Shown here one piece after another: positions 33,730 to 44,812 of a stretch of DNA of 64,000 bases (position 1 is the stretch's first letter; every line of letters starts with the position of its first letter). The stretch spans positions 1 to 64,000 of the forward strand of contig JAIVFI010000040.1 of NCBI GenBank assembly GCA_025558095.1. Reading direction: 5' to 3'. The notes under the pieces are model-generated. The model was not told where the DNA came from and searched no databases. It worked only from the letters and a program-made list of their open reading frames with translations. A program made the position numbers and the translations under genes. The DNA is from Hyaloraphidium curvatum SAG 235-1 (Eukaryota > Fungi > Monoblepharomycota).

Positions 33730-36700
33730 CTAGTGGCCGGCGTGGAGCGCGTCGTGCTCCGCATCCACAAGTCTGCGCCGAGTCACAATTCCGACCACCT
33801 TCCCCGACGCGTAGCTGTCCACGACGATCATGTGCCGAAGCTTTAGGTTGCGGAAGGTGGCAAAGGCCTTGGACACCGACATGGTCGAGGGGACGCACGT
33901 CGGGGAGGGGTTCATGATTGTCGAGAGGTTCACGGGGAGATCGTCGAGCGTCGGATCTGCGGAGAACGGCCTTCAACGATTCCGCGGGTCCTCGATGTGC
34001 TGCGGCACCGACCTGCGGATGCGAGGATCGACTCGAGCCTCTCGCGCAGAACCAACCCGAGGACCCGCCCATGCCCGTCGACGAGCGGGAAGCCGCAGCG
34101 TTTCGGCACCTCCGACAGCGCGGTCTTGATCTCGCCCCGCGTCGGAGCAATCCCGACCAGCACCCGCACGGGCCGCGACATGATGGCGGAAACAGGCTCT
34201 CGCGCCATGATGTCCTTGGCGTCGGGCGCCGGTTCGACGGGCAGGTACGGGATCCGGCGGTTGTGGATCTCCATGTGGTAGAGCGAGTGGCCCAGAGCGT
34301 TGCCTGTGATGGTGGCCACCGTCACGACCACGAGGATCGCCGGCAGGTGGGTGAGCTCGAAAGTCGTTTCAATCGCGATCAGCGCGACCGTGATGCTCAT
34401 CCGCGACGTCCCCGCGAACAGCGCGGACATGCCGAGCATCGCGTACACCCCCGGATCCACGAGCGTTATCCCGGCTTGCTCCTTCAGGACGTTGACGCCG
34501 AGGGCGCACAGGCGTCCGAAGGAGGCGCCCACGATCAAGTTCGGAATCACGAGATCCGTGGGAAGGCAGACGCCGTTGACGAGCATCGAAAGGCAGAGGT
34601 AGACGGCGAAAAAGGCGAAGAGGACCTGCCAATCAAAGACGTTGTATACCCCGCGGAGGAGCAGGTTCTGGATGACCCGCTCAGGAAACTCCCACAGGAG
34701 GGAGCGCATTTGCCAGGCGCAAATGACGTTCTCCCCCGTCTCGGGATCGACCACCGCCCCCATTTTGATGTACGGCAGCGAGGTGCTCTCGGCAAGTTCC
34801 TGGAGAGTCGTTGCGTTGAAGGGGTCAAAAAAGTAGGTGCCGTTGCTGGGCATGCTGGGGCAGATCGAGAGCGACACGGAATCGAACGTCGAGATGACCA
34901 TCTGCCAGAACGTGCGCGGCCCTTCAATGGTCGAACTTCACCACCTCGGATACGGATCTAGCTCACCGTGAAGATATTGGCGTCCATGTCGTCCGGGATG
35001 CAGACGTTCTCGCCTGTGCTCGTCTTGTCGATGAAGAGGTGACACCTGGGGTTAATTGATGTCGTTGGAGGCACCACGCGCGTGTCGCAGAGGACGGTGC
35101 ACGCCCCGCGCTGCGTGTCCACGTGATTCAGTGCGTGGCGAAGCGGCGTGCAGGTATCAAATGCCAGGGGCAAGAAGACGACAAAGGCCATCGAGACCAG
35201 CGTGACGAGGACGAGGTCCAAGAGAGCGCGACCGGGCCACGCTGGCCACGTCCACTTGATGCGGAACGTCCTGATCTTGGTGACGGCCACGTTGTAGCAG
35301 TGTCCCGCGATGCCGGCAAACAGGCCCATGGCGGCCCAGAGCAGCACGTCAACATACTCCGTGCGGACGAAACACGACGCGTTGACCGTGAAGATGGAGA
35401 AGGAATGCGGGTTGAGCCAATCAAGCTTGTTCAGGAAGCTCAGCATCAGAAAGGCCCACGTCCCGACCAGCAGTGCCTTTGCAATGAAGCTGGGCTCAAA
35501 GTGGGTGATGGCCTCCTCCAGAGCAAAGGTCACGCCGGCTAGCGGGCTCCAGAACGCCGAGCTGATGGCGGCGCAGGCGCCGAGCGTCGTAAAGTCCAGA
35601 GTATGTTTGTGCAGCTCCGCGTGCCGTACCTCGTCCACCTCGTCCTTGCTGACGCTGCGGCGGAAAAGGGTCTGAAGCCCCGGATTGTGGCGGTCCTTAT
35701 CCGGCTCTTCCGTGTAGAAGAAAGGAGGTCCCCAGAGAAAGAACGTCATCAGGTACGCCATGATGCTTCCGATGTGGATTATCGGTCCGTCGAAGCCACT
35801 GAATAGCCCGCTCGCCACGATGCCGATGGCGCCGGCGATCTTCAGGATCAATGTCGAGAACTGGAAGGCACCCAGCTGTAGATCCCCGTTGAGCAGCGCA
35901 ATCACTTCCGGCATGCCGGCTCCCGCCGCGACGGGCTTCAGAAAGGCAATGAAGACGGCCGCTGGGAGCGTGAACAGCAGGGAAGTCCCGACGGCGGCAA
36001 AGTACGCCGCCGCAAAGTTCGGTTTGTTCAGTTGGCCCCAGACCTGGACGGTCTTGGGCTCCAACAAGGCGAACGACGGTTTCGAGACAGAGTAGTAGCC
36101 TTCGATGCCCAGCAAACGCTCCATGAGCTCAAAACGCCAATCGAAACCCGCCTCCGACGCGTAGAAGACAAACTTGTAGACGCACGACACCAGCGTGCCC
36201 AGGAAGATGATGACGAGGTAGCGCCCAAAGTCCTTGAGCCTCCTCTGCCACGCTATGCTTCTGGCGCTGGGCCGCGTCCGAATGGAGGAAACCGCGGAGG
36301 CCTGCCGCGAAGGCAGCGCTTCCTTTCCGTCCTGGAGCGAGCCATCGTCGTCCGGCAGGTCGAAACGGACGCCCTGCTCCGTCTCCTCCCCGTCGTCGTT
36401 CCCCGCGAGAGTGTCAGGTGACAACAGTCCACCGCTCCTGGCCGGTAGAGGCGGGACGGTGTCTGGCCCGGGGGCAGCAGTCGGAGTGCGTCCTCCACGC
36501 CTGCCGACAGCGGAGCGGAAGTATAGGTCGGGTTCTGAAGACGATGCCAGGCCCGGTGAGGTTGCGCCCTCGCGATGCCCCGGAGCGGCCCACCTTCGAG
36601 GTCGAGGGACTCGACGAGCTCGTAGTCAAACTCCAAGGAGCGGGCCTCCGCGTAGCTCCGCTTCAGGTCCTCCTTCAGCTGGCGCAACCGCAGGCGCGGG

Positions 36701-36828
36701 GAGCGCCGGGGTCGCGAGGCGTCTCCCGCACCGGGCTCTCCTCCATCCCCTTCCGCCGGCTCCGGAATAGGCACCGCTTCTTCGAGCGCATCCTGCTTAT
36801 GTTCGCCCGGTTCGTCCGTGCCGGCCAT
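33730..36828 (-). CDS. CLC family anion channel/transporter with two CBS domains, 3 introns
   Basis: AAGAGMPEV, SGFDGPIIHIG, AF.SPLAGVTFALEE, GASFGRL, FAGTSRMSITVALIAIETT, SLYH and CBS motifs GFPLVD and LRHMIVVD. Confidence 0.93.
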
Positions 36829-37085
36829 CGGTTGGCACGCGCCGGCAAGATGCCCGCGGAACCTCGGCGAGGCGGGGCCCCCCAAAAGGGCCCGCGCGCG
36901 GCCCACGCGTCGCCGCAGCCAGATGACGAACTGGAACGATTGTGAGGCAGAGCAAGACAGTTCACCTATCATATCAATAGAAGCACCATGTCTAGATGAC
37001 GAACAACACGATTGCCGGGGCAAAGTCAATGCTCAGCCGGTTCCCCTTGGCACCGACTCCGGTATGCGAAGGGAGCCGCCCACAG

Positions 37086-37131
37086 GTCTAGAAATCAAGG
37101 AAACTTGGGTCTAGAAATCAAGAAAACTTGG
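37086..37131. repeat. 23-bp tandem duplication GTCTAGAAATCAAG(G/A)AAACTTGG
   Basis: 37086-37108 and 37109-37131, one mismatch, spanning the stop codon of the adjacent gene. Confidence 0.9.
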
Positions 37132-38236
37132 AGATCGGCACCCTTGCCATCCATCCAACCTGCGGAAGCGATGCCACGAGGGTCTCGGGCCAGCGAGGCC
37201 ACAGGTCCTGCAGGTATTCACCCCTCTTCATGTCCTGGTACCCCCTCCCATTGTACTTTTCGATCGCCCTTTCTACTTTCAGGGTCGGCGTGAAGAGGTT
37301 CTTGACGTAAAGGGCGCGGAACGTGTGCTCCGGGAACAGGACCCGGATGCGAGATCCATCAAAAAAGTTCATGACGCACGAGACGTGGTACGTGAGCACA
37401 AACGCGGTGGCGGTCATTTCGCGCGGAACGCAGAGGTCGATCGTGGCGGACCCCTTGGTGCCCTTTTTCCGCCACTTTGTGTGCTTGAACTGCCCCGCTT
37501 CGTGGATCTTACGCTCGATGTATGCCTGCACTGGGCCGTCCTCATAGATATCGTCGTCCATGAAGTACGAAGGTGTGTGTTCCTCGAAGACTTCGTATCC
37601 AAGGCACTCGAGGTAGCTCTCGAAATGCTTGGAGGTCATCTTCGGCACGACCACATCGAGGTCGCCTGGTGCCCACTTCCCCGGTCGCACAATGGAGAGC
37701 GCGGTCGAGCCGCCGACAATCGCACCGTGCGCGCGAAGCTCGTCGCAGAAGCGCTTCGGGTCCGGGACGTACTTGGCCAAGGCGCGCGTGATGCGGCGTG
37801 ACAAGTGGTCATCCAGCTCCGCGTGGAACCTCCGCGACACACGGCCCAGCACGGCAACGTCCAGCAGGCTGAGCATCGAGGCAACGCGGTCCAGAATGCC
37901 CGTCACGAGCAGGGTTTCGGCGCGGGTCGGAGAAAGAGGGTGCGCTTCAAGTTGGCACTCCAGAGCAATGGATGTCTTGCTCCAAACGTTGGCCGAGACC
38001 TCCTGGAAAAGGTTATCGAAAACAATGACCTCGTCTCCACGGGAAAGAAGATGGCGCGACGCCGTTCTGAATTCGGGATGCCAAGGATACTTCTCGCTCG
38101 GCGCAACCGTCTCGGCGCGGAACGAGAGCTCAACTTCGTCCTCGTGGCACATGTCAAATGCGTAGGACAAGACAAAGAGCTGCGTCGCGTTGTCGAGGAA
38201 CGGAGAGACCTCCGCTTTGACGAATCCCGTTGGCAC
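37118..38236 (-). CDS. F-box-like plus nucleotidyltransferase-like protein; 5' part (to about 38777) unresolved
   Basis: ILDRVASMLSLLDVAVLGRVSRRF (F-box-like), then GAIVGGSTAL..W.PGDLDVVV, TYHVSCVMNF and IEKYNGRGY. Confidence 0.7.
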   Translation of the reverse strand: MPTGFVKAEVSPFLDNATQLFVLSYAFDMCHEDEVELSFRAETVAPSEKYPWHPEFRTASRHLLSRGDEVIVFDNLFQEVSANVWSKTSIALECQLEAHPLSPTRAETLLVTGILDRVASMLSLLDVAVLGRVSRRFHAELDDHLSRRITRALAKYVPDPKRFCDELRAHGAIVGGSTALSIVRPGKWAPGDLDVVVPKMTSKHFESYLECLGYEVFEEHTPSYFMDDDIYEDGPVQAYIERKIHEAGQFKHTKWRKKGTKGSATIDLCVPREMTATAFVLTYHVSCVMNFFDGSRIRVLFPEHTFRALYVKNLFTPTLKVERAIEKYNGRGYQDMKRGEYLQDLWPRWPETLVASLPQVGWMARVPISKFS

Positions 38237-38809
38237 GATTGGCAGGAGAGGCGCAAAGGAGAGCCTGAAGGATCGACAACGCCTGGCTTCAGGAAGCTCC
38301 CGATCCGATTTCCAAAATCACTTGGGACAACGCCGCCCTCATCGCTCCCAAGACCGCGAAGGAACTGGGCATTTACGACCAGATCGTCGAGCCCGAGCCC
38401 TTGTCCGAGGCGGTTCCATTCGTCGTTCCGGTTGAGGGCAAGTTCGCCAAGGTCGGTCCGGATGGAGAAGGTGAGAACCGCAAACAGCGGATGATCGCCG
38501 TCACTGTGAACGGCAAGACTCTGGAAATCCCGGTTGTCATTTCCTTCGGTCAGGCCGAATACGTCCCGCAAGGCGAATTCCAGCCCGCGACGGCACGGTA
38601 GATGCCGCGCGCGTACTTTTCCCGCACTGAGGCAGAGAAGACGGCGCGCCCCACTAGCTCGTCGAAGGTCACTGGGGGGAGCGTGTGCTCCCATGCCGCG
38701 GGGTTGCGCAGGCGGGCACACGGGCCGAGGTCGAGGCTGAACGCGTAGCCCGCCACCGGAGAGAGCGCGCTCGACATCGCGGACAGTCGGGCTCAGACCG
38801 CTTCGCCAA

Positions 38810-40173
38810 CTATAGCTTGCTTTCGTTGCCCACTGCCTCTTTGACCGCCCCCCTGGCCACCATCGCGTCGATCTCGCCGTCCGCGTACCCGAGCCACCGC
38901 AGGACCGCCCTCGAATCCTCCCCCGTCTTCCTCGCCCGCCTCGGCCGCACCTTCTCCATGCCCACGACCTCGACCGGCGTCGTCACCGTCTCGCTCTTGA
39001 CCTCCTCCTCCTCCCCGGGCTGGTATTCCACCACCGCCCCGGCGAACCGCGCCTGCGGATCCTCCGCGGCCTCCTCGAGGCTCGGGATCTTTGCGTGCGT
39101 GACCCCGTTCGCGAGGAGGCGCCCGCACGCCTCTTCGCGGGTGAAGCGGGCGAACGCGGCGTCGAGGTGCGCGATCAGGTCCCGCCTGTTCGCGGTGCGG
39201 AGCTGGGGGTCCGCGAAACGTGGGTCGGCAGACAGGTCGGGGATGGAGAGCGCGCGGCACAGGCGCGGGATCTCGTCGGGGTTGACGGCGGTCAGATACA
39301 GCCTGGCGGGACCTGTCGTCAGTACGTTTGGTAGCGACGACTTGCGCGGCAGACGGCGCGATATTTGCACACACCATTTTCCATCGCCGCAAGGGTAGCT
39401 GTTGATCAGCGGCACCGGAGATTCCACCCTCGAGTTGGGAGGGGGCGGATTCTCGACTTTGCTCAGGCTGTTGAACACCATGTAGCTGAAGCCGTAGAGC
39501 GCGGTCCCAAGCAAGCTCGTCCTCGCCAACCCTCCGAGCCCCGTGGCCTCCCGCCGGAACAGCGCGCACATGATCGACGCGAACAGGGCCATCCCCGTCG
39601 TGTGGTCGCCGAGCCCGGCCGGACACGGCGCCGGCGGGCCGTCCCGGAAAGGTTTGGTCCAGTCCTGCAGGCCCGATCGGGCCCAGAAGGCCGTCGTCTC
39701 GAAGCCCGTCCTGTCCGCTTCCGGGCCGGACTCGCCGTACCCCGAGACCGAGCCGTACACCAGCCTGGGGTTGATCCTGCTCAGGGTTTCGAACGAGATG
39801 CCGAGCTTGTCGCGGACGCCGGGGAGCATGTTGCAGACGAACACGTCGGCCGCCCGGACGAGCCGGTGCAGCGCGTCGCGGCCCTCGGGGGTCGCGAGGT
39901 CCAAGGCCAGCGACTCCTTGGTGCGGTTGTCGAGCTTGTACCCCCACGAATCGCCCCAGCTGGTCAGCCTGCGGTACCTGTAGCGCACAGACGTCGTCAA
40001 TGGCGCTCTTGACGTGCCGCTCGCGTGCGCGCCCACGGATCCCCTCCCAAGGGCTCTATCTTGACGACGCGCGCCCCGAGGTCCGCGAAGAACGTGGCGG
40101 CCGACGGGCCGGCGATGAAGGACGCGCAGTCGACGACGATGAGCCGGCGGAACGGGTTGCCGTCCGACGCCAT
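38810..40173 (-). CDS. CoA-transferase family III (CaiB/BaiF), 2 introns
   Basis: VVDCASFIAGP..ADLGARVVKIE..GDP|YR, NRTKESLALDL, NPRLVYGSVSGYG and GLGD (catalytic Asp). Confidence 0.93.
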
Positions 40174-40473
40174 CGCGGGTTCGTCGAAGGCGAGGCGCGG
40201 CAACGGGGATGGCGGGGAGCTTCCAAGGACGTTCCACAGGAACTGTCTCCCAGGGTCCCCTTCCCACCGCGGCCATCTCCAACCGGACTACCCCTGGATC
40301 TCCGGGAATGATGCATTGATACACATGCACACACTATCCCTTACCGTCCCTTGTAGACGAAGATGTCTTCTCAAAGACCTCAATTATAGCTTCACCACGG
40401 TGAAATCCCTTCGCGGCAGCAAGTCGACTCGACCGCCCCGATTCCCGATTCCCCGCACGAAAGATGCCGTGAA

Positions 40474-41468
40474 ATGCCGCCTCCGCTCCGCATCGGCATC
40501 GCGGGGTTAGGCGCCGTCGGCTTCCCCGTCGCACTGCGGCTGCTCGCGGCCCCCGGCATCCCCGGCCTCTCCCTCGCGGCGATCGCGTCGCGCAACCCCG
40601 GCTCGTCCCTGGCGCGCCTGGCGGACCGCGGCGCGTCCGTCGAGGGCGTGAAGAGCGTGCCGGTGGCGGAGCTCGCGGACCACGCGGACGTGGTGGTGGA
40701 GTGCCTCCCGCCGGGCATGTTCGCCGAGGCCGCGAGGGCGTGCCTGGAGAGGGGCAAGACGTTCGTCCCGCTGAGCGTGGGCCAGCTGCTTTCGTGGGCC
40801 CTAACCGCACCTGCACCGGCTGGCCGGCTCGTGGTGACGCGTTTCCGTGCCAGGCACCCCGACCTCGTCGACCTCGCCGCCTCCCGCCGCGCCCGCATCG
40901 TCGTCCCCACCGGCGCCCTCCTCGCCCTCGACGCCGTCCGCGCCGCCGCGCAGGGCACCATCCGGAGCGTCCGCATGGTCACGCGCAAGCCGCCCGCTGG
41001 GCTGGCGGGGGCGCCGTACCTCGTGGAGCGCGGGATCGACCTGGCGGGCCTGGCGGAGCCGAGGAAGGTTTTCGACGGGACGGCGAGGGAGGGGGCGAGG
41101 GGGTTCCCGGCCAACGTGAACATCGCCGCCGCGCTGTCGCTGGCCGGCATCGGGCCGGACCGCACGATGCTGGAGATATGGGTTGGTGTCCCTTAGGCCA
41201 TGTTCTCCCGCCGCCAGACGCTGAATCCGTTTCCGCCAGGCCGACCCGACCATCGCCCGGAACACGCACAAGGTGACCGTCGAATCCGACGCCGCAAAGT
41301 TCGAGGTCTCCATCGAGTCCGTCCCCTCCCCCGAGGTGCGTCCCGCCCGCGCGGACCCTGGTCGGGCGTGACCCGCCGCCGCAGAACCCACGCACGGGCC
41401 TCCTGACGCCGCTGAGCGTGATTGCGTGCCTCAAGGGGATGGTGGACACGCTGCGGGTCGGCACATGA
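40474..41468 (+). CDS. nadX: L-aspartate dehydrogenase, 3 introns
   Basis: IGIAGLGAVG, VPTGALLALDAVRAAA, TRKPP, GFPANVNIAAALSLAGIG, W|ADP..RNTH and NPRTG..TPLSVIACL..LRVGT; TGA at 41466-41468. Confidence 0.9.
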
Positions 41469-41624
41469 CGGACGCGGCGCGGGCCCGGGCCGATCTCCAG
41501 CTCCTTCCTGTCTCCTGGCCGACGGGCGGGCAAACAAAACACGCAGGCAAACCGCCCCGTCCCCGATCCGCCCGTCCAGCGTCCGCCGCGGTCCCGACGC
41601 CGCCCCCCCTTCCCCCACCCCCGA

Positions 41625-43116
41625 TCACACCTTGCCCCCCTCCGCCCCCGCCCCCGCCCTGTCCAAAATCTCCGCCAGCCCCTCCTTCCCCAGCGCCTCC
41701 TCCAACCACCCGTCCCCCAGCGCCCTCTTCGCATCCCACCTCTCCCTCGTGCTCAGCGTCAAACACCCTTTGACGAACCCCCTCATCCCCTCGCCCACCC
41801 CCTTCCACTCTGGCTCCGCGAAAGGGACCCCGGCCACGATCCGCGCCCGGATATCGCCCCAGTCCCTCGCCGGCGGGTACGCGAACGGCCCGTGCCCGCA
41901 CGCGCACGCGTACACGAGGCAGCCGAGCGACCAGACGTCGGCCTTGGGGCCGTAGGGCAGGTCCGAGAGGATCTCGGGGGCCATGGAGGAGGGGGTGCCG
42001 GCGGGGGCGGTGAGGAGGCCGTGGGAGGGGCGGCGGGAGGGCGGTGGTGGGTGGCCGGGGGCGGGGATGGGGGTGATGGTGTCCGCCGGGGTGGGGAGGT
42101 GGGGTTCCGGCGGGGGGGAGGAGGGCGGGGCGCCGACGGTCGGCTGCTGCAGGGCGGGGCGAGGGGGGGTGGGGCGGCCGGCGAGCGCGCCGGCGGTGTC
42201 CGTTTCCCGCCTCTCGAGCGCCCTGCCCGCCGGCGGGAGGCGCACCTGGTCCGCGACGCCCCAGTCGCCCAGCACCGCCGACGCGGGCTCCCCCGTCGCG
42301 CGGAACAGGCAGTTCTCGGGCTTCACGTCGCGGTGCACGATGCCCAGGGAGTGCGCCCGCACCAAGGCGGAGAGCAGGCACGCTGCGACGGCGGCGGATT
42401 CGCGCTCCGTCAGCAGCGGCTTGGCCTTGTCCCGCGGCAGGGAGGCGCGCTCGTCCAGCAGCGCGCGGAGCGTGCCCCCGCGGGCGAACGGGAACACCAT
42501 CACGAACTCCTCCGGCGTCTCGAACGCGTCCAGCAGCGGCAGCACGTGCGGGTGGCCCGCGAGGCGGTAGTTGAACGCCGTCTCCCTCAGCGCGTCCTCC
42601 AGCGCCCTCTCCACCACGGTGGGGCCCCACAGCGCCGCGGTGATCTGCCACGGCTTGGCGTGGATCTTGAGCGCGACGCGGTCGGCGGTGGGCAGGTGCA
42701 CGGCGAGCGCGACGCGCGACTGGGCGCCGTACGCGAGCGTGCCGAGCTCGCGGAACTCCTTGCGGCGGCGGGCGTTGCTGATCGGCAAGGGGGCGACGAC
42801 GATCAGCGGGATCCGGGCGCCGGCGCGCGGGAGCCCACCGCTCCAGGTACGACGGGCCCTGCTGCGGCACCGCGACCGGCGACCGCGGCGACACCGCGCC
42901 CTCCACGGGGCTGCCGAGCGGCCCCGAGCCCGGCCGGCCCCCGAACAGCCCCAGGATCGGCGCCAGCAGCGGGCTCGCGGGTTTCTCCCCCGGCGGCCCC
43001 TCGGCCGCGCCGTTGGCCTCGCCGCCCGGGGACGGCAGCGGCACCCCGATGTCGACCACCTCCAGCGCCGCGGGGTCGCTCGACGGTCGGCCCTCGGCTT
43101 CCTCCGGCGTCATCAT
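41625..43116 (-). CDS. Ser/Thr protein kinase (CAMK-like), 1 intron
   Basis: VALK, HRDVKPEN, DWG in place of DFG, GTPSSMAPE and DVWSLG. Confidence 0.88.
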
Positions 43117-43741
43117 CGCAGCTCGCGGGGCGGGGTGGGGACGATGGCCGATCAGGGACCCGGTCCGGTCCGTGGGCGGTGCAGCGTGACTCAAGGGGTC
43201 CCCCATCCATCCGCGGCCGGGGCGCGGGGCGGAGTGCGGGCGGGAAAGGCGCGCGAGGATGGAATGGGGAGGATGGGGGGGATGGGTGGGGAAGGGTGGC
43301 CCGGCGGCCGGGGGTTCGGGCGATCGGATGGGCGGTGAGTGGTGGGGACCCCGCACACGGCCGGCGGGCGAGGAGGCGGGGCGGATCGGCGGGCGGGGTG
43401 CGGTGCCGACCGGTCGGCGGTGACAACTGGTGGGCGCCGAGATGGGATGGATGGCCCCCCGCGCGGGGCGGGAGATGCCGCTGTGGCCTTGCGCCGGATG
43501 GATGAGGCGCGTCGGCGGGCGGGGGTGCTGAGGCCGCGGGGGCCGGCATCCCCCCGGCGGAGCGCCCGATGCGGGGCCGGCGGGCGGAGCGGAGGCGTTG
43601 CCGCCCCGTTCCGACGCGGCCGAGGGACATCGATCGGTTGGGGACAGGCGGGTGCGGCATTTTGCCAGCTGGAGACTGTTCTGGAACCGCCCGAGCCCGG
43701 AGGGGCCGCCGACCACTCACCCGCGGCCGCCGGGCGCAGAG

Positions 43742-44407
43742 ATGCCGGACCGCCGCGCGGCCGCGCGCTCGCCGGCGTCGCCCGCCGCGCCGTACGGCTC
43801 GCCGGGGTCGGCGTACGGCACGCCCGCGCCGGCCACGCCTCCCGCCGCGCCGTCGCCCGCCGAGCCGCCCTCCCCCCGCCCGGCGTGGGGCGTCGACATG
43901 ACGCTGGCGCTGTACCGCGCGCTGATCGACCACCTCGACGTGGCCGTGCTCGTCGCAGACGACTCGGCAAACTACCTCGAGGCAAACGAGGCCGCGTGCA
44001 GGCTGTTCCGCCGCGGCAGGGACGGCATCGTCGGCCACCACCTCTCCGAGTTCGTCGTCGACGGCACGCTCGAGTCAGTCAACGCGCAGTGGCGCGTGTT
44101 CCTGCGCGACGGCGTGCAGTCGGGCGTGTTCCCGCTCAAGCTGGCCCCCGGCATCGAGGTGCTCGCCTCGTTCAACGCCCGCGCAAACGTGCTGCCCGGC
44201 CTGCACTGCTCCTTCCTCAACGCCGTCGAGCGGCCGCCGTCGGGCCCGGACGTGCTGACCCTGTGCGCGTGGACCCACAGGGTGTCGTGGAAGGGCGGCT
44301 GGGTCAGCCTGGAGCAGTACCTCAGGGAGGCGCACGGCGTCAGCGTGTCGCACGGCATGTGCCCCGAGGCGTTCGACGCCATCATGGGGGGCGCCCAGCC
44401 CAAGTGA
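43742..44407 (+). CDS. Stand-alone PAS-domain protein with bacterial-type C-terminal 'CAW..SHGxCP' domain
   Basis: YRALIDHLDVAVLVADD..YLEANEAACRLF (PAS); LCAWTHRV..WVSLEQYL..VSHGMCPEA; intronless. Confidence 0.82.
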   Translation: MPDRRAAARSPASPAAPYGSPGSAYGTPAPATPPAAPSPAEPPSPRPAWGVDMTLALYRALIDHLDVAVLVADDSANYLEANEAACRLFRRGRDGIVGHHLSEFVVDGTLESVNAQWRVFLRDGVQSGVFPLKLAPGIEVLASFNARANVLPGLHCSFLNAVERPPSGPDVLTLCAWTHRVSWKGGWVSLEQYLREAHGVSVSHGMCPEAFDAIMGGAQPK

Positions 44408-44812
44408 CCCGGGGGGAAGGTTCCCCCGACAGGGACCCCTCCCCAATCCCCTCCCTCGGACTCTTCCTTCTTCTGCCGCGGCCGCGTGCCCGGCACCACG
44501 CTCGGACCTAGGACAGTCGACACATAGCACTTTTGCGCGCCGCGTAATCGGACTCGGGCGGTTGGTGGTGGATGGCGGGGGCGGACGGGACGGTCCCCGT
44601 GTAGATGGGCGGCCGGCGGGAGCAATCGAGAGCGGAACAGGATGCTTTGCCGGGGGGTCCTTTCGTGATCAGCGTCCGCGGTTGTTCCTTGCTTTCCGTG
44701 TCGGTCGATGGGCGGGGATCGGCCCCGTCGGGACCAGCCTGCCGTTCGCCACCGCCCCGGCCCGTCCCGTCCGATCCCGCCGTGCCCCTTCCCTCCCAGC
44801 CTGCCCGCCGCG

